Assembly: GCF_037042905.1 (NCBI RefSeq)
Contig: NC_087245.1
Coordinates: 14,572,001-14,636,000 of the forward strand
Source: Lytechinus pictus
Lineage: Eukaryota
Length of the DNA stretch: 64,000 nt
Direction: 5' to 3'
In this document: piece by piece, positions 1 through 11,494 of the stretch
How positions within the stretch are numbered: the stretch's first letter is position 1
Layout of the letters: each line of letters opens with the position of its first letter
Notes under the pieces: model-generated
The model's input: the letters and a program-made list of their open reading frames with translations, nothing else
Databases searched by the model: none
Told to the model about the DNA's origin: nothing
Program-made: the position numbers and the translations under genes

Positions 1-465
1 ATGTATAATTAATGTACCAGTAGGTCTATACTTGTATTGTAGTAGAAGAGGCTACACTAAAAAAAACCCACCATAACATGTCATTCAATGAATGTTGTTT
101 TAATATACAACAAAATATAACAGAGTCTCACTGACTATCATGCTTTCAACTTTTGGGCCGATCAAAATTCCCTGATATCTCTGATGAAGTTTTAAAATTC
201 CTTGATAATTATTTAAACCCATTCCCAGTTTCTCATGTTTTCTAAGTTGTTACAGTGAATTACATGTATTATTATTATTTTAGTTATGCATGTATAATTA
301 ATGTACCAGTAGGCCTATACTTGTATTGTAGTAGAAGAGGCTACACTAAAAAAAAACCACCATAACATGTCATTCAATGAATGTTGTTTTAATATACAAC
401 AAAATATAACAGAGTCTCACTGACTATAATGCTTTCAACTTTTGGGCCGATCAAAATTCCCTGAT
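1..465 (+). repeat. 289-bp tandem duplication (1-176 matches 290-465)
   Basis: Direct repeat visible by eye. Both copies end at the motif AAAATTCCCTGAT. Confidence 0.95.
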
Positions 466-1400
466 TTTGCCCTCATTTGAGGCATTTTCCCCGGAATTGA
501 GGCAATCCCTGACTGGAAAAACATTTTTTTAAATCCCTGATTTCCTTGATTTCCCTGATGGGGCGGGAACCTTGCCAATCCATTTTAAGGAAGAGGCGAA
601 GAAGTAGAACAAAAACAGAATGAGAAGATATATAAGATGAATGACTACTGTGGTGATAACTGATAAAGGTCTGCAAGCGTAGACTACATGTATACTATGT
701 TATTACACGTCAGAATGATGTGGCTGCTACCAAGATGGTCAGAGTGATGTTGTCGCAGCTAACCCAATAGACCTGTATAGTGTTATCAAACTATATCTAA
801 CTGGTCTGTTATTTGCCTCCAAACTTACTATTGAAATAACTAAACAAATATTCATAACAAAATTGCATGATCTAATGGCTTTGTAAGTTTTGGAATCCCC
901 CAAACTGCATAACTAGGCCATCAAGTTCAAGTATCGTCCGTAATGGTGCATAACAATGATTTAAAAGAGGCATAAACATGTTTACCAGATACGTATCCAC
1001 ACAATCAATTACATTATATTTTCGTTCCTTTCTTCATAATAATTTTATTCTGATGAAACCCCGCCATTCGACCATTATAAGCTACAAGGTCCCCAACTTA
1101 TTGTTCTGTAAATGTGCATGCGGTGATGTAATGATTATGAGTATGATATAATTTTTATCATCATCTTATAATCGATATACAGGCCTAATTATGAGAATTA
1201 TTTTATTAGAATAATTAATTTGATGAGCGACTATATTGTCATCGATAGTCCTTCACGGTGAGGTTTTGCGCCCACCAGCTCTACCCCTCCGGATCCTGGC
1301 GATATTTATTAACTGATGCATGGTATTTATCCATTACGTACCATATTTGCTAATTCTAGATAAAATGAATAATAATGATGCTATATTAGAATAAATGGAC

Positions 1401-1871
1401 ATTAGACCAAGTGTGAATTAGACCAAATAGAAATTAGACCAAGTGACGATTAGCCCAACTGGTCATTAGACCAATTGGTCATTAGACCATTTGGCTATTA
1501 GACCAAGTGGTCATTAGACCAATTGGATATTAGACCAAGTGGAAATTAGACCAAGTGGAAATTAGACCAAACGGTCATTAGACCATGTGGCAATTAGACA
1601 AAGTGATAATTAGACCAAGTGGAAATTAGCCAAAGTGGAAATTAGACCAATTGGTGTTAGACCAACTGAAAATTAGACTAAATGATTTTAGCCCAACTGG
1701 TCATTAGACCAATTGGATATTAGACCAAGTGGGAATTAGACGAAATGGATATTAGACCAAGTGGAAATTAGCCCAACTGGTTATTAGCCCAAATGGAAAT
1801 TAGACGAATTGGATATTAGACCAAGTGGGAATTAGACGAATTGGATATTAGACGAACTGGTTGTAGACGAA
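1401..1871 (+). repeat. 16-bp minisatellite, consensus ATTAGACCAAGTGGAA (~29 units), forming the loop of the palindrome
   Basis: Conserved TTAGACCAA/TTAGACGAA core recurring every 16 bp with a variable 6-nt part. Confidence 0.95.
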
Positions 1872-2757
1872 AGTTTGGCTAATCGTCACTTGGTCTAATT
1901 TCCATTTGGTCTAATTCACACTTGGTCTAATGTCCATTTATTCTAATATAGCATCATTATTATTCATTTTATCTAGATTTAGCAAATATGGTACGTAATG
2001 GATAAATACCATGCATCAGTTAATACATATCGCCAGGATCCGGAGGGGTAGAGCTGGTGGGCGCAAAACCTCACCGTGAAGGACTATCGATGACAAGATA
2101 GTCGCTCATCAAATTAATTATTCTAATAAAATAATTCTCATAATTAGGCCTGTATATCGATTATAAGATGATGATAAAAATTATATCATACTCATAATCA
2201 TTACATCACCGCATGCACATTTACAGAACAATAAGTTGGGGACCTTGTAGCTTATAATGGTCGAATGGCGGGGTTTCATCAGAATAAAATTATTATGAAG
2301 AAAGGAACGAAAATATAATGTAATTGATTGTGTGGATACGTATCTGGTAAACATGTTTATGCCTCTTTTAAATCATTGTTATGCACCATTACGGACGATA
2401 CTTGAACTTGATGGCCTAGTTATGCAGTTTGGGGGATTCCAAAACTTACAAAGCCATTAGATCATGCAATTTTGTTATGAATATTTGTTTAGTTATTTCA
2501 ATAGTAAGTTTGGAGGCAAATAACAGACCAGTTAGATATAGTTTGATAACACTATACAGGTCTATTGGGTTAGCTGCGACAACATCACTCTGACCATCTT
2601 GGTAGCAGCCACATCATTCTGACGTGTAATAACATAGTATACATGTAGTCTACGCTTGCAGACCTTTATCAGTTATCACCACAGTAGTCATTCATCTTAT
2701 ATATCTTCTCATTCTGTTTTTGTTCTACTTCTTCGCCTCTTCCTTAAAATGGATTGG

Positions 2758-3194
2758 CAAGGTTCCCGCCCCATCAGGGAAATCAAGGAAATCAGGGATT
2801 TTTAAAAATGTTTTTCCAGTCAGGGATTGCCTCAATTCCGGGGGAAATGCCTCAAATGAGGGCAAAATCAGGGAATTTTGATCGGCCCAAAAGTTGAAAG
2901 CATGATAGTCAGTGAGACTCTGTTATATTTTGTTGTATATTAAAACAACATTCATTGAATGACATGTTATGGTGGGGTTTTTTTAGTGTAGCCTCTTCTA
3001 CTACAATACAAGTATAGACCTACTGGTACATTAATTATACATGCATAACTAAAATAATAATAATACATGTAATTCACTGTAACAACTTAGAAAACATGAG
3101 AAACTGGGAATGGGTTTTAATAATTATCAAGGAATTTTAAAACTTCATCAGAGATATCAGGGATTTTTGTTTTCTTGAAAAGTTGGGAACCATG
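2758..3194. mobile_element. MITE with 5-bp TSD nested in the right palindrome arm (mirror copy ends at 574 in the left arm)
   Basis: TIRs CAAGGTTCCC...GGGAACCATG, flanked by ATTGG on both sides (2753-2757, 3195-3199). Subterminal TCAGGGA motifs. Confidence 0.75.
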
Positions 3195-3577
3195 ATTGGG
3201 ATAAGCCAGCGTTAACTATCTACAGTAGATCGTATACATAGAGGTGAATAAATAAACATATTTTGTCACCTTTAAATTAGCATTATTTTACAGAAAAATT
3301 GCAAATTTTGTTGTTTTCACCAAAACCTTCCAAAATCCCCTGAAACAGACAAAAAAATCCCCAAAGTTTGTTTAATCCCCAAATAATTTTTTTCGTCCCC
3401 ACAGGCTTTCGAAAATCCCCATATTTTCAAAATTCAGTTGGGGACGAAATATACGTCACTCTAACTGTACTCCAATATCGAGGGGCGCGCATGTGAAGAT
3501 TCGAAGCCGGCGCGCGGAAAGTAACTTTAAAAATTTCACCAGAAAATTGAAAAGAAGTCACCATGCAGACTTTACAA

Positions 3578-4144
3578 ATTAGACCAAAGGCATGTAGACG
3601 AAATGAATGTTAGACTATCTGGAAATTAGACCAAGTGGAAATTAGCCAAAGTGGAAATTAGACCAAGTGGAAATTAGCCGAAATGGAAATTAGACCAACT
3701 GCACATTAGACCAACTGCACATTAGACCAAATGAATAATAGACCAAGTGAGGATTAGACCAACTGGTATTAGACCAACTAGTATTAGATCAACCGACTAT
3801 TAGACGAACTGGTATTAGACCAAATGCAATTAGACTAAGTGACAATAAAATACATTAGACGAAATGGCAATTAGACAAAATGAAAATTAGACCAAGTGAC
3901 GATTAGCCCAACTGGGCATTAGACCAAGTGGCTATTAGACGAAGTGGTCATTAGACCAATTGGCTATTAGACCAAGTGGCCATTAGACCAAGTGGATATT
4001 AGACCAAGTGGTCATTAGACTAATTGGCTATTAGACCAAGTGGTCATTAGACCAAAAGAAATTGGACTAAGTGGGTTTAGCCCGAACGTTGCTAGCCCAT
4101 CTGATGATTAGACCAAGTGATAATAGACCATCCGTCAGTAAACC
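3578..4144 (+). repeat. Second 16-bp minisatellite array of the same family (~35 units)
   Basis: Same ATTAGACCAA-NNNNNN unit and same orientation as 1401-1871. Confidence 0.95.
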
Positions 4145-6387
4145 AATGTAGAAGGTATCTATACACTGTACCATGATGTCATCTGTGCTTGTAAATCAGC
4201 CTCAGAACAGTCTATTCCTACCACCAAACCACTGAATAAGGAATATGATTCAGGGAACAGTAGTAAAAGAATTCCTGGATGGAATGAGATTGTTGAGCCT
4301 CAGGCGAGAAGCATTATATTGGCATCATTATTGGAATGCATGTGGAAGACCTTGACAATGGTCACATTGCTAAACAGCATAGACTGTCTAGAGCACAATA
4401 CCACAAAGCTATTAAATATGTCATTAGAGATTCTGAATCTATAAGGACTGAAAAAAAGCTATCAGTAAAATAATTATAGAGATTTGTGGAAAGAGGTTAA
4501 AAAAATAAAAGGAAGGAACAATTTTTGTACAAGTTGTGTTGACGGTTGTTCAGATGATAACGATATATGTAATATTTTTCAGGTGAAATATGAGGAACTG
4601 TATAATAGTGTACCTTATAATGTGCAGGAAATGGGAAAAACAAAACTTAAAATTGATTCTAAATTAGTTAACCAAGGAGGCATTGACTTTGTAGTACAAG
4701 TTCACGACGTAAAAGAAGCTATAGAGGGATTGAAGCATGGCAAATCAGATGGTGAAGAAGGCTTAGTTTCAGATCATTTTATACATGGCACCACAACACT
4801 AAATGTGTGGCACACATGTTTAATGAACTGTATGTTTGTGCACGCTATTTGTCCTAATAGTTTGTCATGTGGTACAATGATTCCAATCCCTAAAGACAAG
4901 AGAAAACTTTTAGGGTGTTCTGATAATTATAGGGCAATTACCTTGGGAAGTATTGTGGGTAAGATATTTGATTCTGTGATTTTGCTGAAGGAAAATCTGG
5001 CATTGACTACTTCGGATTTACAATTTGGGTTTAAGAAATATTCATCGACTACTCATTGTACACTTGCAATGTTGGAAACCATTTCATATTATAATTCTTG
5101 TAAAAGTAATGTATATGTTGCTATGCTTGTTGCATCTAAGGCTTTTGATAGGGTTAACTATGGTAAATTATTCGGGTTGTTAATGAAAAGAAAAATGTCT
5201 CCTCTGATGTTTAGATTTTTAATTAATATGTACACAAATCAGGCATTACAGGTAAAGTGGGGAAGTCAAAAGTCTACTAAGTTTTATGTAAGTAACGGAG
5301 TAAAACAAGGAGGAGTATTATCTCCCATTCTGTTTTCTGTTTATGTGAATGATCTTCTTCTAAAAATTGAAGAAGAAGGAATTGGTTGTAGAATTGGAAA
5401 TTATTTTGCAGGATACTTAGCATATGCTGATGATATCACTCTTATGTCACCAACAAAAAAAGGTTTATACAAACCATGATAAAAATATGTGAGAACTTTG
5501 CCACAGATTTTGATATTACTTTCAATGGATCTAAAAGTCAATTTCTTGTCTTTCCAACTGCATGGTGGCGACAACAATTCAAGGGAATATTTTGTTGTTA
5601 TCAATGATACTAATGTGTCAAATATCAATAGTGGGGTTCACTAAGGTCACCAAATTTCAACTTTTGACAAGAATAGCTTGGTTTCATCAGCTACTGCTAA
5701 ATTCTGGAAGTTTCAATATTCTCAGATCTGATTTTGGTCATATTAAATCATCAGTGCAGTGTTTATTATTCAAACAATATTGTTGTAGTTTCTATGGAGC
5801 ATGCTTGTGGCAATTAAGAAGTAAAGCTGTATTGACAATATGCACCTGTTGGAGAAAAGCTTTGAGAAAAATTTGGAGAATTAATAATATGACTCATTGT
5901 GATTTGGTAGCTTTACTGTCTGATTGTCAACCTCTTGAGAATGTTTTAAGATATAGATTTCAAAAGTTTAATAATATAATTGTGAAGACTGGTTAGAGAT
6001 TCATAAGAATGGTTTTGAAATATGCCAAAAGGAACCCTTTTTCAACTTTTTGTGATAATTTAAATGAGGTGCAATATTTTCTCAGTAAATGTAATAAGAG
6101 TAAGGACTGTGATGTCCCGGCTTGTAAAGAACTGGATGTGAATGTTCTGAAAGAACTTATAGCAGTAAGAGATCAGGAAAGTATCTGCAACACGTTAACA
6201 AGGGAAGAAGTGGGTCAGTTGATTGAATTCCTATGTATTTCTTAGCTTCAATTTAATCTATCTTCTCTCCCTATATTTTATTAATTGTGATTTATTGTGT
6301 ACAATTTCTTTTCTCTCTTTCTTATAGAAGTGCCACATATATGTTACATGTATATTATTTGGCGAATAAAGATGATATATATATATA
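4145..6387 (+). mobile_element. Decayed non-LTR retrotransposon (LINE) ORF2 with RT domain and 3' UTR; clade not determined
   Basis: Motifs IPGWNEIVEP, WHHYW..CGRP, NYRAITL, QFGFK, ASKAFD, GVKQGGVLSP, YADD (5423-5434) and FKQYCCSFYG..LW, broken by frameshifts and stops. AATAAA at 6365 followed by an (AT)n tail. Confidence 0.93.
4484..5479 (+). pseudogene. Largest open fragment of the LINE reverse transcriptase
   Basis: 331-aa open stretch covering RT motifs up to YADD, then frameshifted. The motif-A Asp reads Val (GTT 5129-5131). Confidence 0.9.
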
Positions 6388-6388
6388 A

Positions 6389-6465
6389 CTCAATTCAATT
6401 CAATTCAAAATGGTTTATTAAAAATACTTTCTTTGCGGCAAAAGCCGAATTGCAAAAGTTTACAT
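6389..6465 (-). mobile_element. 3' tail remnant of a second LINE, tail-to-tail with the first
   Basis: Minus strand reads GCAATTCGGCTTTTGCCGCAAAG (stem-loop-like)...AATAAA...(TTGAA)n tail. Confidence 0.5.
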
Positions 6466-6764
6466 TTCAAACAAAAGAAAAGGTATGAGTGTTACACCTA
6501 AACACCCAATCTGTTAATTGCATACTCACCTGTTTTGTTTGTATAACTGTTTTATAACATAAAGCACTGCATTTCATAACGTTCTTATTTAACATCATAT
6601 TTGATGAGAAGGTTACACTCGTTTCGTTTTTCTTTTTTTTCCAATTCAACTTGTTGTTGGGGGTAAACATAATCTTTAGATTTTTCACATTCCCACCTTA
6701 AAAAATTACTCGCAATTCTGAAAACAACCACAATCCTATTCTGTTTCTTGTTTAATATTTACAG

Positions 6765-6905
6765 CCATTGTCACCAACCAGCTCCTGAAGAAGATCAGTG
6801 CAAGAAAGCTTATCCTCTTTGGTGGATTTATAGCGGGTGGAGGATACTGCACATGCGCATTCGTTACCACTAGCGGCGAATTCATGGCATGCGTGACTGT
6901 TTCAG
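6765..6905 (+). CDS. SLC16/monocarboxylate transporter-like MFS protein, internal coding exon (first exon present in window; roughly TM3 region)
   Basis: Acceptor tttacag|CC and donor TCAG|gtatt, phase 1 at both ends. Reads xIVTNQLLKKISARKLILFGGFIAGGGYCTCAFVTTSGEFMACVTVS and splices in frame to the 7812 exon. Confidence 0.8.
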
Positions 6906-7811
6906 GTATTCCCATATAGTTGAATTTTGAGGGGTGTTTTCGATTTTCTTACTTTTCACAATGATATTTTTTCATTTCTTATTAACACGACAATCAATCA
7001 CAGATTGGTGAATCAGCTTCAGGGATGGATTTCACATACATAACCTATGGCTTGACCCAGGGGTGGAGACACCGCGCCCCCGTCCTTGATTAGCCGCGCC
7101 CTTAAAAAAAAAGAGGAAGAAAAAAAAAAGAAGTAGAAGTAGAAAAGGTACGAAATGAGACGAAAAGAGAAAGAAACATAAGGGGAGAATAGACAAATAC
7201 ACAACCTTGATAAATAAAGATTCCACTCGCTCTCCGCGCTAGTTGCATGGCGTTTAAGATTATTTAGTCAATGTTCAAAATTATTTTAGTTTGCGTTTCC
7301 CGCTTTATTTATTTTTGTTCAATGTTATTTCGTGCACCCAAATGATATGACCCATGCAGGGAAACAATTATTCACCATGCTACCTTTTCTTGCGAAATGT
7401 GATTTTTTTTTGTTTCCTAGTAGAGCAATATTTATTGTCATTAGAATTCGTGATAGTGTCTCAGGTCTTGGAAAATGACTACACGTCGAATTTAGCTGCT
7501 GAATAAAGCAAATTACAGCATATTGTATGTTTTGTATGATTATCATCATCATGACCTTGGAAACAATAGATCATGAATTCTATTTTTCCATACTTCTACG
7601 TTGGCCTTACAATGTATGTCGGTACATTGCTTGACATTATAGGGATAAATAAGGGAATAGAAGAAGAAAACAAAAACAAAACAAATATTCCCACTTTTCA
7701 ATAAATCACCACGTTGAAGTTTTGAGGTGAAGAAAACTTCGTGACCGATTAATGATTTTTGAAATGACATGTTTAAACGCATAATTATCATTCTACTTTA
7801 ATTATTTTCAG

Positions 7812-8492
7812 CATTAGGCTACGGCTTAGTCATCTTATCCCTGCGAGTGACTGTCGTCCGATATTTTCCCAGGAACTACTTCATTGCTGCCAGCATTATG
7901 TTGAGTGGTGGTGGAGTTGGAATGATGGTCCTACCTCCTCTTACAGAGTTCCTGACAAATGCTTACGGATGGAGAGGAACACTCCTGTTGATAGGTGGCT
8001 TTAACCTCCAAACCATGGTAGCCGGTGCCCTCCTACGCCCCATCCCTACCAGCCACACCCAGGAATCTACCCCCTTGACATCCCGGTCATCTACCAGCAA
8101 TGGTGCAAGTTACTTGAGACGAACTTCTGACGACGAGAACGAACCCACTCCTTCATCATCTGCCAAGTCTAGTCGAAAATCTGCTAAAATCTCCAGGAAA
8201 TCGACAAGGAGTGAGGATGAACCAGGAACAAGCGCATCAAGCAGTCACTTTGAGGACTCGGTGGAGGCGGATAAATCCTGTGCCCTCTGGAGGACTATCA
8301 AATACGGATTTCAAAAGTTGGAAGAGATTCTGGATTTCAGGATATTCTGTGACTTCCCTCTGTTTTCTCTAGCCATTGTGGCTATTTTCCTTCATGGTAT
8401 TACTTACACTGGTTGGATCCTTTTCCTGGTGCCAAATGCCAGAGCGAAGGGATATTCACCTTACTCAGCCGTTTCACTTGCAACAATAGGGG
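7812..8492 (+). CDS. SLC16/MCT-like transporter, large internal exon (about TM4-TM7 plus central cytoplasmic loop)
   Basis: Acceptor ttttcag|CA, donor GGG G|gtgagt. Contains ALGYG...VVRYF...SGGGVGMMVLPPLTEFLTNAYGWRGTLLLIGGFNLQTMVAGALLRP, matching the SLC16 'YGWRG...LRP' signature. Confidence 0.92.
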
Positions 8493-9063
8493 GTGAGTTT
8501 TAAAAATGATCCTTGTAATGTTCTCCACCAAAATGTGATGGTCTATGCATATAGGCCTACTCTTCTTCGGCAGAATGAATGATTTGATAAGGTTTTAATC
8601 AAGTGTTGGTAGCCAACCGGTCGAAGTGTGAACAAATTACTTCATGATATAGACAACGTGTAACAGATTAGCATATAAAAAAATCATGTAGATCGTCATG
8701 ATATAAAACATAGTTTATGAGTAAAGCAATATGATATTTGGCAAGCCTTTTAACAGGGCTTTACTCTTATTGACGAAATTTTGTATCTTTGAAAAATGAG
8801 TTCACCAAAATTAAACTGTTTAGAATTTTTATCGAAAAAACTTACAAGAGGAAAGTATTTCGTGTTCTGAACTTCCTCTATACCATTCAATTATGCATAT
8901 ACACTGTACCTTTGACTGGAATGTATCACGTCTTATTCAGTATTTGATTTGAAGTGTATAAACGAACAAAAAGTCCACAACACTTCTATTCGTAAACCAT
9001 GACTTTTGAAGTGGTTCCTACGTTGATGTTTGCCATCATGATACTCCTTTCCTTCAATCCCAG

Positions 9064-9375
9064 GTGCTTCTAACGTTGTCGGTCGACTCTCTGTCGGGTT
9101 CATCCTGCAGATCACCAAAGGTTATGTAACTCCAGCCGATGCTTTCGCCGGTACATTGATGATGAGCGCCATTGCCTTCTGCATCAACCCCGTCGCCAAT
9201 GTGTTCGGGGTACTCGCCCTAGCTGCTGTCATCAACGGTCTATCGAACGGGGCGAAGACCGTGCTCGTCACCCTCGTCAGTCGCTCGGCTGTTTCGCCCG
9301 AACGTTTTCCGACGGCTCTGTCTTTCGCAATGTTTGTTCGGGGGTTTTCGGAACCGCTCGGAGGACTATTAATAG
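9064..9375 (+). CDS. SLC16/MCT-like transporter, internal exon (about TM8-TM11)
   Basis: Acceptor atcccag|GT, donor ATA G|gtacat. Reads GASNVVGRLSVGFILQ...GFSEPLGGLLI in frame with both neighbouring exons (phase 1). Confidence 0.9.
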
Positions 9376-9956
9376 GTACATTATGTCAAATGAAGCCACT
9401 TTTAAGATTATAAATGTCAGCACCTGTTCAATCTGCACATTTTTTTTATATTCCCATTTAGATCTTGAATACAATCAGGGACATATTTCATCAACACGAG
9501 CCGCCTGACTAGCTTTCAGGAGCCAGTTGCGGAAATATTTGCAACCAAACGGAACTGAGTATGCGCGCATATACACTGACTTTGCCTTTGATTTTTTTTT
9601 TAATTTGCGTTTGAATACAACTCCATCTGTAACGGGTCGCATATCTTACAACTCCCTTCGTTTAAATTGGGTGAGAGGTAGAGATGTTTGACTGTTACTA
9701 TGGAAACTATCAGATGACAACCATTCAGTGGTGATTGACCATCATGAAACGCCTGGTCCTCTGCAATTTCCCTTGGGAACATACATAAACCAAAAAAAGA
9801 AATAATTAATCCAGGAACAATGACAGCTTCGATGACGATGTTTATGAATATTAATATGGTATAATCACGACACTTTCGTTTTTGTGCTACCAAACATTGT
9901 TCTTTGTTGAAAATTCAATTTTTTAAATTTCTTTTTATATTGTTTGTTTCTTACAG

Positions 9957-10087
9957 GTTGGATATATGACAGGACATTATCATACGACCAGGCTTTCTTG
10001 GTGTTAGGTGGGCTTGACGCATGTGGGTTTGTCTTTATGGTGTTTGCAAGATGTGTACATTGTCGAACGACGTTGCATCCAAACTGA
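9957..10087 (+). CDS. SLC16/MCT-like transporter, terminal coding exon (TM12 and stop)
   Basis: Acceptor ttcttacag|GT. Reads GWIYDRTLSYDQAFLVLGGLDACGFVFMVFARCVHCRTTLHPN*, matching the MCT 'G.lyD.tgsY..aF' motif. TGA at 10085-10087. Confidence 0.9.
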
Positions 10088-10275
10088 CGACTATAGCGAT
10101 TTTGATATTGGCTGTGATTGGTTAGTTGGGCAGTTAGTACTATACATATAACTTCGATTTCGGCACGCAATATGGATCCCACATATTTGAATATTATTGC
10201 TATAGGATTAGGCTTTATCTTCGGTGTAAAGAAATTATACTTTACATTTCTATGTTTGACATTTTTATTCTAAAA

Positions 10276-10281
10276 AATAAA
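10276..10281 (+). terminator. Candidate polyadenylation signal of the SLC16-like gene
   Basis: First AATAAA after the stop codon (~190 bp downstream). Other AATAAA sites further on are equally possible. Confidence 0.3.
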
Positions 10282-11494
10282 ACACACCTCACTTAATTCT
10301 ATACATTTTTCCTCGATTCAATGAAAGAAATTGTATCATGTTTATATTTAGATTATCATCATGGTCATTAAGTCATTTTTCTTTTTTTACCTCTGATAAA
10401 TGTTGTACTATATTTCACGAGTAACTCTTGCATGACTGGACTTTGTTTAATATAATCATGATACTTATTAAATAATAGATTTTCGTGTTCTTTTGAATTC
10501 AGCATTCGGTCTTTGTTAATCAAAACCTTCACGTTGGCTATTTATATTCTCCGTAAAAATTACAATTGAAACTGCTCTCCTGAGTTCATAGAGCAGTTCC
10601 ACAATATATGAAAATAAAATGGCGCAAAAAATACTCAGCCATAAAACAGCAGTGTGGTCTTGATGATGATTATGTATATTGACATCCCATTAACTTAGCC
10701 CTATACGGCTGATTTTGAATCTGAACAGAAACAATCTTTTTTAATAAAACAATCTGAATGCCCTTTTATTACGCGTGCTATAAAGAGCATGATACATTCG
10801 TTGTATTTATCAAATGTTGTCTCCTATAATCAGCGACTTCTGAAATCGCATTATTTGGCAGCTTTATATTTTAGGGCACTCTTTGAATATAAACATTGTT
10901 CATGCTTATCATCCCAAATATTCGTATTTACTTACTGGGTACACCACCTCGGTTTTAAGGAAAGTTATTAAACCACTAAATAGGGCATATCTTGTTGCGA
11001 TTGAATGTGAATTTTATGTTTCCAGATGTTGTATTTACTATTTTAATTGGTTCGATCTAACATAAATGGTTGGATACAGCTTTATGCACGTTTGATGCGA
11101 CATTTGGAGAATTTGGTTACTTCCCCAGCCTTAATGGCTCATTTGATATTCATGTTTTTATAATGGAGGTATCACTGAACAGAGTATTATTCGTTACAGT
11201 TGAATTAGCATAACCAAATACCGAGTGAATTTTTTTTACTTTGCCCTAATGAGTTTGCATAGAAATCAATAATCAAACTTCATATTGTTGCATTTCAGGT
11301 TTTGTTTCCAAGTGCTTGGTAAAATTCACGGGAAAATTCAGTAGTTCGAGTTTGTCTTTTTATACACCTCAATTGTTAATACTTGTAACTTCTTGTAAAC
11401 ATGCGCACTGTCATCATCCAACTTTGTACAGAGCAATGTTCAATTAATGAACCACAGTTCTGCTCCATCATGATCAAGCTTACATACTCTGAAG

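Larger units (their letters stand above)
1..4144. mobile_element. Large palindromic (foldback) element with 16-bp tandem arrays; left end outside the window
   Basis: About 166-1460 is the near-identical reverse complement of about 1872-3165, with only scattered substitutions. Arrays at ~1401-1871 and ~3578-4144; the apparent right terminus is ...CAGTAAACC at 4144. Confidence 0.75.

Noticed and set aside
166..3165. Pure read fold-back assembly artefact
   Set aside because: The arms differ by several substitutions and one arm has a private tandem duplication. Not fully excluded without reads.
1401..4144. CRISPR array
   Set aside because: The period is only 16 bp, the variable parts are 6 nt and recur, there are no cas genes, and the context is a eukaryotic intron. 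It is a minisatellite.
4484..5479. Intact or domesticated RT gene (retron, DGR or telomerase-like)
   Set aside because: Motifs are non-LTR type, the frame breaks just after YADD, the first catalytic Asp is mutated, and upstream stops are present.
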